Shown here: piece by piece, positions 52,283 to 64,000 of the stretch
How positions within the stretch are numbered: the stretch's first letter is position 1
Layout: every line of letters starts with the position of its first letter
Translations under genes and position numbers: made by a program
Source of the DNA: Vicugna vicugna
Lineage: Eukaryota
Assembly (NCBI GenBank): GCA_013265495.1
Contig: MU057744.1
Span: 1,763,524 to 1,827,523, forward strand
Direction of reading: 5' to 3'
Length of the DNA stretch: 64,000 bases
The notes under the pieces: model-generated
What the model was told of the DNA's origin: nothing
What the model saw: only the letters and a program-made list of their open reading frames with translations
Database searches by the model: none

Positions 52283-52491
52283 GGTTCATACCAGTGTGTA
52301 GCCTCGGAGTGGCTCAAGTGGGCAGGATGAACTTTGGAAAGGATGTCAGCACCTTGAAATACTTCACCATCTGCGGCTTACAGGAGGGCTATAAACCATT
52401 TGCCGTTAATACAAACAGGGATATTACCACGTGGCTGAGCAAGAGGCTCCCTCAGTTTCTCCAGGTTCCATCAAACCACGAACACATTGAG
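52283..52491 (+). CDS. RYR2: RYR2 coding exon (~exon 30)
   Basis: tcccag|GGTTCATA...ATTGAG|gtttgc; 209 bp; [39 protein letters not shown]...NHEHIE. Confidence 0.96.
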
Positions 52492-52656
52492 GTTTGCTTT
52501 TTCTTTAAAAATCAGACCGTTGCCCAAAACCAAAAGAGGGAGTTCCTACTTGTTAACAGTTATTGTCTCTCACGTAAATGATGGCTCTGGTGTGCCACAT
52601 TGTGGTGGAATCTCAGGACAGGTACTTTATGAGAGGCTGATGAGGCTGATTACCTG

Positions 52657-52825
52657 CAGTTCACCTTGAACAACTTTGGGGCTAATCTGCATATAATGTA
52701 TAGGCCTCTGTATCCATGGATTCAGCCAGTCATGGCTTATGTAGTGCTGTAGTATTTAGTACTGAAAATCCCTGTGTGTAAGTGGATCCGCACAGTTCAA
52801 ACCTACACGGTTCAAGGGTCAACTG
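52657..52825. mobile_element. MER8-like Tigger/mariner MITE
   Basis: Terminal inverted repeats cagttcaccttgaac ... gttcaagggtcaactg, followed by TA. Confidence 0.75.
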
Positions 52826-52837
52826 TACTTAATTGTT

Positions 52838-52896
52838 TATATATATATACATATACATACACACACATATGTGTGTGTGTGTGTGTGTGTGTGTGT
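52838..52896. repeat. Compound (TA)n/(CA)n/(TG)n microsatellite
   Basis: tatatatatac...acacacatatgtgtgtg... Confidence 0.9.
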
Positions 52897-53144
52897 ATAG
52901 AATGTCAGGTTCGCTTTGAATTTATGCGGTTATAATATGAATTTCCCAGACCATCTTCTGAGTTAGAAGCAGAGGCTCTGAGTGTATCTGGGACATAGTA
53001 ATCCTTATGCTTAATTATCTCATTTACGAAATTGTGCCACGGGTGGGCCATGTTTGGATTCTTCAAGAGGTGATGCACGTTAGGGGTTTCAGAATCAGGA
53101 ATCGACAGTGCTTAGATTTGAACGATGGTATCCTCATTTGCTAG

Positions 53145-53497
53145 GTGACCAGGATAGATGGCACCATAGACAGCTCCCCGTGTTTAAAGGTCACTCAGAA
53201 GTCATTCGGCTCCCAGAACAGCAGCACGGACATCATGTTCTACCGCCTGAGCATGCCCGTCGAGTGCGCAGAGGTGTTCTCCAAGACTGCGGCGGGCGGC
53301 ATCCCGGGCGCCGGCCTCTTTGGGCCCAAGAACGACTTGGAGGATTATGATGCAGATTCGGACTTCGAGGTTCTCATGAAGACAGCTCATGGCCATCTGG
53401 TGCCAGATCGAGTGGACAAAGACAAAGAAGCTGCAAAACCGGAGTGTAACAACCACAAGGATTACGCTCAGGAAAAGCCCTCTCGTCTGAAACAAAG
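53145..53497 (+). CDS. RYR2: RYR2 coding exon (~exon 31)
   Basis: tgctag|GTGACC...AAACAAAG|gtcact; 353 bp; VTRIDGTIDSSPCLKVTQKSFGSQ...EKPSRLKQ(R). Confidence 0.96.
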
Positions 53498-53699
53498 GTC
53501 ACTGATATGAGCAAAATGATTTTAAATACATGGTTGTCATGCAGGGTCACAGCAGAGTATAACAGTGGGTGAGAGATTTCCAAGTTCAGTTCCTTCTCCC
53601 TCTTCCTCCTCCTTTCTGGACAAAGGATTCCATAGAAAACAGTAAAGCAGCCTGTTTGCCATCCAGTTGGTTACCAGTGACAATCTATCCTAAGTTACT

Positions 53700-54640
53700 T
53701 TTTTAATGAATTTTTTTATTGTGGTTAAAAACCATAGAATTTACCATTTTAACCATTTTTAAGTGTACAGTTCAATAGTGCTAAGTATATTCACATTGTT
53801 GTAAAACGGATCTCCAGAACTTTTTCGTTTTGCAAAACTGAAACTCTACGCCCATGAAACTACTTTCTTCTTCCACCACCTCCCCCCACCCCACCCCCAG
53901 TAATCATTTTACTTTTTGTTTCTATGAATTTGACTGCTTTAGATATCTCTGTACATGGAATCACACAGTATTTGTCTTTTTGTGACTGACTTGTCTCATG
54001 TAGCAGTGTCCTCAAGGTTCATGTGTGTTGTAGCAGGTGTCAGAATTCCCTTCCTTTTTAAGGCTGAATAATATTCCACTGTATGTATATACACCACGTT
54101 TTTTGTCCATTCATCCATTGATGGACATTTAGGGTGACTCCACCTCTTGGCTCTTGTGAACAGCACTGTTATGAACATGGTTGTACAAATATCTTTCCAC
54201 AACGCCACTTTCAGTTCTTCTGGTTACATACCCAGAAGTGGGGTTGCTGGTAGTTGTCTGTCTGAATTTTTGAGGAACCTTCATGTTGCTTTCCCTAGCA
54301 GTTGCACCATTTCACAGTCCCCTCAACACTGCTCAGGGGTCCCGATTTCTCCGCATTCTTGTCAGCCATGTTACTTTCTGGTTTTCTGGCAGCTGCCGTT
54401 CTCATGGTTGTGAGGTGATACTTCATTGGGGTTTTGATTTGCATTTCTCTGATGATTAGTGCAGTTGAGATCTTTACATGTGCTTGTTGGTCACTTGTGA
54501 ATCATCGTTAGATGTCTATTCAGGTTCTTTGCCTGTCTTTTGATTGAGTTATTTACTTTTTTGTTGCTGAGTTGTAGGAATTCTTTATGTATTCTGGATA
54601 TTAACCCCTTATGAGACATATAATTTGTATTTTCTCCCAA
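53700..54640 (-). mobile_element. L1M 3' fragment
   Basis: Minus ORF 53996-54208 (MFITVLFTRAKRWSHPKCPSMDEW...) matches the L1 ORF2 C-terminus; T-rich tail at about 53700. Confidence 0.88.
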
Positions 54641-54749
54641 GGGTCGGTTTTTAAGGTACTTATTTTTACATCATTGGTTGAAACTTAAAGAGTTTCTAAG
54701 TAGAATAAGAAGGCTACTTATTTTAGCATCCTTTCTTACACTCAATCTG

Positions 54750-54930
54750 AATTTCTCAACTTCAGCCCTATTACCCTCGAACAAATAATTATTAGTTGTA
54801 AGAGTCTGCCTTGTGCATTAAAGTTTTGTTCACAGGTCCCTGGCCTCCACACACTAGACACCAGTGCCCCCTACCCGAGTTGTGACAATCGAAAACATTC
54901 TGGATATTGCCAGATGCCCTCTTGGGAGCT
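54750..54930 (+). mobile_element. MER20-like hAT element
   Basis: ttctcaacttcagc...ccctggcctccacacactaga...gttgtgacaatcgaaaac...gatattgccagatgccc. Confidence 0.75.
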
Positions 54931-55031
54931 CAGCAGAGCTGACAGCTACTTTGCTGAGTTAATCGTATGTGTGTGTGTTTGAGATAGCCGGAAGGTGGTA
55001 ATGTCGCTCCCTGATCCTCTGTACATTTCAG

Positions 55032-55146
55032 ATTTCTGCTCAGGAGGACAAAGCCGGATTACAGCACAAGCCATTCCGCAAGACTCACTGAGGACGTCCT
55101 TGCCGACGACAGGGATGACTACGACTACTTGATGCAGACGTCCACG
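55032..55146 (+). CDS. RYR2: RYR2 coding exon (~exon 32)
   Basis: tttcag|ATTTCTG...TCCACG|gtatga; 115 bp; FLLRRTKPDYSTSHSARLTEDVLADDRDDYDYLMQTST. Confidence 0.96.
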
Positions 55147-56294
55147 GTATGAGCTGCAGCCCTGTCATCCGACTCTGTGTGTCTGTCATTGTACTTTGCG
55201 TTTCAGATAGTTAACTTTGGTGCGTAATGCTTAGCAAGCTGATGGCAAAACTAACAGCTCACTTGTATTTTGGGGACTGAGAAGTTGGAAAGCATGTACA
55301 TGTTCTGATGGATATTGTGCAGTAAGAGCCACGTTAGGAACAATACTCCCGAGTGGCACCTTACTCCTGACCTTGCTCTCCTCTTTCTGGGCAGCGTTTT
55401 AATTGGCCACTTAATTCTTCCAGGTACATTTTGTGATTTCCTTCATCTCAATGATGTGTCTGAAAGGTCATTGATCATACTTTGTGAACGGTCAAGGATT
55501 AATGTCTGCCATTTAAAATTTTCAAAACACTCCTCATAAAATGCCAAATAGGAAAAAATATATAGCTTTGTCTCTTGAAGAGTTGCCCATGTTTGAAGTT
55601 GACTTCCACATATTAGATCTGAACTAATTTCAGATTTTAAATTGCTTTTAAGGAGTCAAAATAGTATATGTTAGTGATAGGAAGAGCAGAGCCTATTCAG
55701 AGAGGTGGGTGACAGGTATAAAAACTCTAGGCTAGGCAAGTGCCCTCGTGCAAGCTTGAAGAATTTGAAGCCTGCCTGCCTCAGGAATTGATGATTTGTT
55801 ACATAAGCGTGCTGTGTGGGTGCCCGCCCATACGTACGTACCTGGAAGTTTAAGAAGCCTCGGGTCACGCTGTGCTCAGAGAGCCTGTTTTCTTTCTCCA
55901 GTTATGTCTGAAATACTTCAGGAGCTCTGTCTTAAGACTTTCCTTCCTTTGCAGTGTCAGCCTTTTGTGCCTGTAACGTTTTAATTTAGGCCAAATGTTT
56001 TTTTTTAACAAAGACAGAATCCATTTATTTGGTATGTATTGTGTCAAGCCAAGTGATGTATGCAGAAAACATTAGAAGTGTGTGGAGTTCTGTCAATTAT
56101 GTTAAAGCACTGGCTTCGAATCACTCTTTGAAAGAAAATGTATATCACTGCTGGAAACATGTATTACACACTGTGGTCATTTTCATTAGGCCACACGATT
56201 TTAAAGACATATATTCTTAGGCAATTTTAAGACCTTGCAAAGTCAAAGTTTTGTCTCTTTGTTTTGCCGACACCTGGTGTTGCTTTCTCAACAG

Positions 56295-56455
56295 TACTAT
56301 TACTCAGTGAGAATCTTCCCTGGACAAGACCCCGCTAACGTCTGGGTGGGCTGGATTACGTCAGATTTCCATCAGTACGATACCGCCTTTGACCTGGACA
56401 GAGTTCGCACAGTGACCGTGACTCTAGGAGATGAAAAAGGAAAGGTGCACGAAAG
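56295..56455 (+). CDS. RYR2: RYR2 coding exon (~exon 33), SPRY3
   Basis: caacag|TACTAT...CACGAAAG|gttggt; 161 bp; YYYSVRIFPGQDPANVWVGWITSDFHQYD...GKVHE(S). Confidence 0.96.
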
Positions 56456-58135
56456 GTTGGTTTTCCTCAGTGTTTTACAGAAACGACATCTGACAAAAAT
56501 GTCGATAAACCTAGGCTTTTTTTTTTTCCTCTTGGACTTCATGTCCAAGATAATACTCTGTCTATAGGAACAGTGTAATCAAACCATTAATGTTGGTGTC
56601 TTTTTCTGTTATTCATACAAGCCGGTAAAGAATCTGAATGTGTTAAAAGTGAAAACCTCTCGAAGTAAGAGCAGTGCATGTTTTGGGAGTGGTAACCGTG
56701 TGTCCCTGCAGGTGACACTGCACAACCAGTGACGTGGGCCACCGCCACTTAGCCTTTGGGGATTGCAGATGGGGTGAGTGTGAGGTGTTCAGCCCGTGGC
56801 CCGATGTGCATCCGGGGCTCTGGTTTTGTGCTGGGAAGAAAGCGGTGAAGGCAGTATGGGCTGGTGGTTCAGGCCAGGTGGACCAAGGGGCAGTGGGTTC
56901 TTTCCTCAGCTTTGCCGTTGACTCGCTGTGTGGCTTAGGGTAAGTCACTTCCACTTTCTGTGCCATCCTTTTTTTATTTTGTAAAACAAACCAAATTCAA
57001 AGCCAACCTTCAAAACAGAAATGAAGGCCATCTTCCTTGCAGAACAAGAGAAGACCTGGCCTCCTACATCAGCCTTTGTGCCCGTGCACCCTCTCTGATC
57101 TGCTGGGACAGGTCTCACAGGACGAGCCCCCCTAGGCTTGCTTTTCTTTTGTTCCTGCACCATCACTCTTGGTGACCGGAAGCTCGGTCTCCTCCTGCCT
57201 TCAGACTTTGACACCTGAACCGCCGTGAACTTGAGATGGTGGCAGTGTTAGGAGGTAACTCAGTCTAGGGCTGGATATCTGACTCATGGTTTTGGTGCAG
57301 GAAATACAGGATGGGGGAGGTCGCTGAGGCTCCTGTAAGTGGTGTGTGGAAACACATCCAACATGTGACGATACGGAAACTGACTCTACCTCAGCCTTCT
57401 TGCTCTTTTCCTCCTGTTTTCTTGGATTTGACTTTTTTGCCAGCCTTGTGAGTACGTGCGCTGGGTGGTGGCAGAGAAGGAGTAGCAGGCCAAACTCAGG
57501 TCACGTCAGCTTGCTGCCGTCTCTGGTGAGGGTGAAACCGAGGTGGGGCTCGGTGCTAATATCGCGGATTTTGTGCACATCCTGATGAAGTCTGTCTTTC
57601 ATAACAGATCGCCAGGAATTCTCCATAAAGGGGCATCACGTTAGCCAGACTTCCCCAGTGCTGAGTGGCTCGTGTGGAATTTGACTGAGGACTCTGACAG
57701 TGTCGGGAATGAATGCTGCTCATCTCAGAACGAGTGGTTCAGGGAAAAAACCTATGAGAAAGAAAATTACCAATTTGGATAATTATTAAATAGTTAAGCT
57801 TGTCAGAACCTCAAAAAAAGGTCCAGTGTGGTCTGAGTTTTTGGAGGGAGGGTGCAGGTCAGTTCTTCCTCGGTCCCAGCCTGTGGGCCTGTCCTGCCCC
57901 GGGTGGAGCTGAGAGGCTCAGGAGACCTGATTCGGAAAGCCCCCTGGCATCAGTGGAGTTTTGCTCAAGAATCGCAGACCTGGGCCCGCTGGGCACCTCC
58001 CCCACGCTGGCAGGAGCTTGTTGCCTGCACAGCACACCTTAGGTTTAGTTGCAGGATGCACATGCTTTCCGGTAGATCCCTGGTCGTACAAAGAGAAACG
58101 TGATTTTTTGTTTTTGGTTTTTTCCTGAAATTCAG

Positions 58136-58295
58136 CATCAAACGCAGCAACTGCTACATGGTGTGTGCGGGCGAGAGCATGAGCCCGGGGCAGGGGCGCA
58201 ACAGTAACGGCCTGGAGATCGGCTGCGTGGTGGACGCGGCCAGCGGGCTGCTCACCTTCACCGCCAACAGCAAGGAGCTGAGCACCTACTACCAG
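58136..58295 (+). CDS. RYR2: RYR2 coding exon (~exon 34), SPRY3
   Basis: attcag|CATCAAA...TACCAG|gtacgc; 160 bp; [53 protein letters not shown]. Confidence 0.96.
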
Positions 58296-58628
58296 GTACG
58301 CGCTGGCGCGCCCCGCCGGGCAGCAGCGCACTGCTGTGAGCGCGACGGGGGAGGCGGACTATAGAAGGAGAGGAAAACAAATGAGTTCGTGATGGAGTTT
58401 TACTTCTGTTCAAATAATAACAGCACCAGCCCCTCAGAGCCAACAGTCACGCCTCCAGAGGTGCTTGCGGGGTAACGGAAGGGGCCGCTCCCAGTAACAG
58501 CCGAGAGGGGGTCTCTCTGTGACAGAGAGGAAGTCTTCTGAGAAGTGTTCTCTGGGTGCTGTGGAGAAGAGACAGCTGCTTTGTGTTCCTGCTGTACTAA
58601 TATTATTAAATTCGCTTGTTTATTTAAG

Positions 58629-58715
58629 GTGGAGCCAAGTACAAAATTATTTCCTGCCGTTTTTGCACAAGCTACAAGTCCTCATGTCTTTCAGTTTGAG
58701 TTGGGAAGAATAAAG
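58629..58715 (+). CDS. RYR2: RYR2 coding exon (~exon 35)
   Basis: tttaag|GTGGAG...ATAAAG|gtaaga; 87 bp; [29 protein letters not shown]. Confidence 0.95.
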
Positions 58716-60119
58716 GTAAGAGAGACTCATTCCTGGTATCACATTTGGGTTGTTATCTGTTAGAAAATAGCACGCACTTCTTCGATGAATTCAGCATTTC
58801 ATTAGTACTGATATTAATCACATAAATGATTCTTTAAGAGGAAAGTTGCCATGTTTGAAAATTCAGTACTCTTTCAGGTCACTAGGGTAACAAAATTAAT
58901 TAAAAGGGTCTCATTGGTCATCATAAATGTTATTCAATAAAACTAGGCTTAGACAGAACAAAAATGCCAAATTTCACACAGCTGAGAGACCACTGGACTC
59001 ACAGGCGAGCTGGAAGTGATCGTCAAGGGCTGAGACTGCTGTGCGGTGGTGGGCGCTGCCGGGGTGGCACCACTGACACTCCGGGAACAGAAGTGAGGGA
59101 GCAGCTAGGCAGGATGGGATGGTCAGGAGAGCTGAAACAGGGGTGACGTTCAGGTTGATTCTTAAACGAGCAAATCTCAGGGTGCCTTTGGCAGAAGAGG
59201 ACATTCCAGGCAGAGGGCGAGAGAGAGTGCCCGCACACAGGGGAGAGGGTGCTGAGGGTGAGGGAGCTCAGTGTCGTGTGGCACGGGAAGCCCTCTGGGC
59301 TTGGCTGGAGGTTCATGGGGCGGAGGGCGGACCACAGCCGAGCTGGAGAGGCTTTAAAGATACTGACTCCATAGACGGTGCTGATCTGCTGAAAATTTGA
59401 AGTAGGAGATTGAGAATAAGCAAACCTGTTTGGGAAGAATATGTTGGTCGTGATGTGGAGAAATACCTGCTCTTGCAAGAATGAGAGCAGCAGTAATAAT
59501 CAGGTGCCAACAATTTGACACTGTCTCCAGGGGAGAAGATGGGGAGATTGGTGGCAGTTGTAACAGACAGAGTGGTGAGTGAGGAGATGCTTTAGGGAGA
59601 AATTAACAGAACTTGTCAGTGAATTGGGTTAATAGGATTTGTTGATGAATTGGATTCATTGCTCACGGAGAAGAGTCAAGGATTCATTTAAATATTATTA
59701 GTTTGGCCAGTGAAGGGAGACTAACATCAATGAGCAGAAGAGCTGGTTGAAATTCAGGAAAAGGAGTTGAACTGAAATTTGCGATTTTGAACACTGAGCC
59801 ACCGGGCACAACTCAGGGTGCATATTGGGGACCCTGGACATGTTCCTTACACCGCGTGAGCTCGTTTCTACCTTTGTACAGTGAGATTCTGGCAGCCACA
59901 GGAAAGCCAGTGTGATACAGACTAAAGGCACCCATGACTTAAGAAGGAGGGCCTTAGTGACCTTGCCAGAAAAACACCAGCACAATGGTGGAGAAGCCAG
60001 ATTATTCAGTTCCTATTAGTATTCAAGATGGAAAGTGAGAGAAAGGAGGCAGCAAGGTTGGCAACTTAAAAAAAAATGAAAATTTGACAGAAAAAGTGGT
60101 AGCTTCTCCGAACCCAAAC

Positions 60120-60975
60120 TCTAACACTGGTCTATTTGACTTTTCCGTTTGGGTGTCTTATTGCAAACTGGGTATGTCCAAAACTGGACTGCTGACCACC
60201 CCTCCCCACTCCTCCTGACCTGCTGGATCCCGTCTCCCGGCATCTTCCCTAGTCCTCAGACCCAAAGCCTTGCAGTCATCCTTGGTGACTCCTTTACATC
60301 CCGCGCCCCAGTTCCCTCCCCAGCAAATCCTCCACCTTTGACCTGCCTCCCCACCATCTGGCAGGTCAGACCCACCAGGAGCCTCTGATTGGTCCTCACC
60401 CATCTGCTTATCAGAGAACAATCAGAGTGGCCATCATTGTTTCAGAATATAACTCAGATTGTGTCCTTTGACTGCTCGAAACCATGTTTCCCTGGGAAGA
60501 AGAATCAGAGGTCTCTGAATGGTTCTCAGGTTCTGAACGACGGGGCATCTTGTTCCCCTCTGGCTTCACCTCATCCTGCCCCACCTCCACTGTGGCACAG
60601 CCACACTGGCCTCCAGCTCTTTCTCAGACTCGCAGGCAGGCTCCTTCCTTGGGTTCTCTGCATGGACAGTCCCCCTGCATGGAAACTTCTTCCCCCGCAT
60701 ATCCACATGGTTCTTCCCCTTTGGGTCTTTCTTTAGATGTCATCTGCTCAGTGACACCCATTCTGAGCACCCTGGTTATTACTACTGTCCTGCATTCTGA
60801 TTCCCCTATCCTGTTTTTTTGTTTTTTTCCCCTCCATGACCTCTTTTCTAATATGCCGTTTTATTTACTTACTGGTTTTTATTTTATGTCTCCCAAAAAA
60901 AGGAATGGAAGCCACGTGAGGGTAGGGATTTTGTCTGTTTTGTTCACCGACATATTCTGAGTGGTACGGTGCCTA
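60120..60975 (+). mobile_element. L2 fragment
   Basis: cttgcagtcatccttggtgactcc...gagggtagggattttgtctgttttgttcacc. Confidence 0.65.
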
Positions 60976-61796
60976 CGGTTTTTTCCCCAGTAGAAGAAGA
61001 GAGCAGGAAAATAGCTTGAGGACGAGGCAGTCTAAATCATGTGAAGAGAAGGTTCTAGAGAGGGAGAGACTGGCGGTCATGCAGGAAGAGGAGACAGTTG
61101 ATTTTTTGGTCCAGGAGAGGCGGGCAGGGGTGGCATCTTGATCATAAATGAATGAATAAGCTTTGGCAGGCAGAGACTTCTCCTTCCCTGAGACCAGACG
61201 GAAGGAGTTAGATGGCTGAAGATACGTGTTGGAGGCAGAGGAAGGTGCAGGGGAAGGAGTGGTGTGCGTTAACCCTGATTGATTCTGCTTTCGCGTTTGA
61301 TAGTCGGGATTGTCCGCTGAGCTGTCTCTGGTGTACTGCTGGTTACTAAAACCCGGCAAACTGACGAGGAGTGAGTGGGTAGGTGGTGTAAGGATGAGGT
61401 GGGTGACAGGACAGACAGCGAGAGAGGGAGAAAGCCAAGAGGATTTCACCTCTCTTTTGGGAGGTCTGGCCCTGAAGGCAGCTAAGACTTGCCGGTGTCC
61501 TTGAGGGCCCAGCTTGGTAGAGAAATAAGAAGGGCACATGGCCGTGCTCACTTGCTCTCACGTTCTCAGGGCACTGTCGGGTGTGTGGGCAGGAGACCGC
61601 CGCGGGTGTGCCTGCCCTAGCGTTTGTCTTCTCAGGAACCGTTCCACCCAGTTTCTCTTGTTTTTGTATGGACTCTGCCCCACGTGCAGTGTCTCTTACT
61701 TTCACCATCTCTTTCCTGTACAGAACTCTGGTGCTTGCTCTCTTAACCCCAAGGAGTGTTCTCAGTTAATTCTTTCTCCGCTTCTCCACCTCCTAG

Positions 61797-62023
61797 AACG
61801 TGATGCCTCTCTCAGCGGGACTGTTCAAGAGCGAGCACAAAAACCCGGTGCCGCAGTGCCCCCCGCGCCTCCACGTGCAGTTCCTGTCCCACGTCCTCTG
61901 GAGCAGGATGCCCAACCAGTTCTTGAAGGTCGACGTCTCTCGAATCAGCGAGCGCCAGGGCTGGCTGGTGCAGTGTGTGGAACCCTTGCAGTTCATGTCT
62001 CTTCACATCCCGGAGGAGAACAG
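61797..62023 (+). CDS. RYR2: RYR2 coding exon (~exon 36)
   Basis: tcctag|AACGTG...GAGAACAG|gtcagc; 227 bp; [47 protein letters not shown]...HIPEEN(R). Confidence 0.96.
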
Positions 62024-62859
62024 GTCAGCCCGAGCATCCTTCCTGTCTGCTGGGGACCCTCCTCCTCAGACCGCTGCACAGGGGCCCCGGGCTGGTGCCG
62101 GGGAAGCACAGCTAGGTTTGAAACATACCTGAGCTCTTGTGGCCGCAGAGACATTATACTGCACATTCCACATTTAAACCTGTGTCTTAGCCACTTCGTC
62201 ACTGAAGCAAATTACACTGCAGTTGCAAAGGGGATCTGATGTTTTGTTTCTTTCCTGACTTTTGTTTTACTCATGAGGACAACAGCAAGTAAAAATTCCG
62301 GTAAGTCCAACGGCAGTCTGACTTATGACTTAGCTGAGTAAGACAGCACCACAGGACTGTACCACAGCGGAGATGGAATCACACGAGTCAGTTAGTTCAG
62401 GCCCTCCTTTGACAGGTGTGAGGAGCTGAGACTAAGAATCGTTAATGAAAGAGCATTGTGCAAATACCATGAGGGCTTGGGAAACAAGTCTGTACGCATT
62501 CCAGGCAGTACGGTGATGATGTAAAGTATGAGAAATATCCAAAGGGAGCTTTGTCTGTGATTTTCAGTTTTTCTACGTGGTAGCCAATCAAGCTGCAAAT
62601 ATTTCATTTTAGCAGTTTCATTATCAGTAAGGGGTAAGTTCCTAAGTTTGGGACCAAGATTTCCCTCCCAAAATATCATGAGAAAGTTAAGTCACAAACT
62701 AAGTGAAAACACGGCATGAAAACAATGGAAAGACAAACATATGTGTTGTCCTTCTTATATTTTAAGTCTTTAATCTTAAAATTGTTGTAGGAGCTACACT
62801 CACTTTTATATATTTTGAAATGCTTGGCATTTTTCTTTTCTTTCAATTCCTTTAAAGTT

Positions 62860-63480
62860 TAACCTGTGGTTTGGAAAACAGTTAGTTCCTCAAAAAGTTA
62901 AATACCGAGTTACCGTACAACCCAGCAGTTCCACTCCTTGGTATATACCCAAGAGAAGTGAAGACCTGCCCACACAAAAACGTGTACGTGAACTTCATCG
63001 CAGCATTATTCCCAGTAGCCAAAAAGGGACACAGCTCAAATGCCCAGCAGCTGATTCAACGCTAAATAAAATGTGGTAGATCCGCACCATATCGTTTGGC
63101 AATGAAAAGGAGTGGCGTCCTGGTACGGGCTGCAGCGTGGACGGAGCTCCAGAGCAAGAGCCTGCGGTGTCAGTAGTTACACTGCTGCCGCGCAGCACGG
63201 GGCTCCGTCTACATGAGAAGCCCCCAGTAGCAAGTCTGTAGACAGAGAAAGTAGAATCACATGTGCTTAGGGGGAGGCAAGGGCGTGGACCTGAGGGCTG
63301 ACTGCTGGTGGGTACTACTGGGCTGTCCCTGGGGGATGAAAATATTCCAACTTAGGCTGTGGAAGTGGTTGCACAGTTCCCTTAATATACTGAAACTATT
63401 GCATGATTTGTTCTAAATAGGTAAATGATGTAGTATGTGAATTATATCTCAATAAAGATGTTTCAAAACAAAAGAAAGCC
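62860..63480 (+). mobile_element. L1M 3' fragment
   Basis: cccagcagttccactccttggtatatacccaagagaa...tgtgaattatatctcaataaag. Confidence 0.85.
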
Positions 63481-63788
63481 AAAGAAAAATTAATCTGGCC
63501 AGGTGAATCTTTAGATAATTCCATTTTATGTAAATTTCACATGAGAAAAGTCTTCCTGGAGTTTTGCATCTGATGTTTTTTAAAAAAAAAATTACTCAGC
63601 AACCAAAAGAAACATTACATTTGGGGAGGAATTTTTCTTTGTGAGGGAAAATATTCCCTCTATTAAGCAGAGAATTTTAAGGCTGTGATTTAATACGCTG
63701 GCATGCTGTAGTCAGAAACCCAACATATGCTTGCCATGGTAATTTATCACTTATGTTACTTAGTGATGGAAGACGTAGAAGGTCACAG

Positions 63789-64000
63789 TGGTACCGACCA
63801 GTGTCCTTGGTCTCCTTAGTCAACAGAAACTAATAAGGGGCCAGAGAAGAAATTCGGGCAGGGCTTTGCTGAGACTCAGGCTGTAGCACAAGGGAGTGAA
63901 AACAAGAAACAGGTGCTCTTGCGCACTCCCTGAGCGGTGGGAGCTGGTCCCTAAATGGAGTGAGGGTGGGTCGGTGGGTGGGGCCAGAGGGCGGCTTCGG
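63789..64000 (-). mobile_element. LTR fragment truncated by the window edge
   Basis: tggtaccgaccagtgtccttggtctccttagtcaacagaaa... resembles an ERV1 LTR terminus. Confidence 0.55.

Larger units (their letters stand above)
1909..62023 (+). other. RYR2: RYR2 gene body, internal portion (13 coding exons; gene continues beyond both window edges)
   Basis: 13 GT-AG exons with compatible phases join into one 2192-bp open frame. It matches the RyR2 Repeat12-SPRY2-SPRY3 region, with RyR2-type motifs such as [28 protein letters not shown] and KTAHGHLVPDRVDKDKE. Confidence 0.97.

Noticed and set aside
52850..52896. Palindrome cacacacatatgtgtgtg (hairpin potential)
   Set aside because: Simple consequence of adjacent (CA)n and (TG)n microsatellites.
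61538..62239. 233-aa plus-strand ORF
   Set aside because: Alternative frame over the RYR2 exon at 61797-62023 plus intron; no independent support.
1..64000. CRISPR arrays, operons, rRNA/tRNA genes or prokaryotic systems
   Set aside because: The sequence is eukaryotic intron-exon DNA; no repeat-spacer array or RNA gene seen. The remaining short ORFs in the track are not supported as genes.

Overview
Mammalian genomic DNA, most likely camelid (camel/alpaca-type SINE and L1), not prokaryotic. The window is an internal part of the cardiac ryanodine receptor gene RYR2 on the + strand. Thirteen GT-AG coding exons (104, 84, 160, 148, 209, 175, 209, 353, 115, 161, 160, 87 and 227 bp; 2192 bp in total) splice into one open frame, [12 protein letters not shown]...SLHIPEENR. 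By recalled human exon sizes these are exons 24-36, covering Repeat12 and SPRY2/SPRY3. The introns are mostly L1, L2, MIR, solo LTRs, MaLR, MER DNA transposons and microsatellites. Most notable: (1) a sharp CpG/GC spike over the exon at 38956-39130, with 57/58 GC-ending codons and a cluster of AT-to-GC amino-acid changes, a likely GC-biased gene conversion hotspot echoed in nearby repeats; (2) a 2.9-kb TSD-flanked L1 with both ends present but almost all of ORF2 missing; (3) a 340-aa antisense ORF in that L1's 5'UTR with a splice donor in phase with the next RYR2 exon; (4) a nested cluster of antisense ERV1-type solo LTRs. I found no evidence of a separate novel gene system. Exon numbering, human comparisons and repeat family names are from memory and need alignment to confirm.
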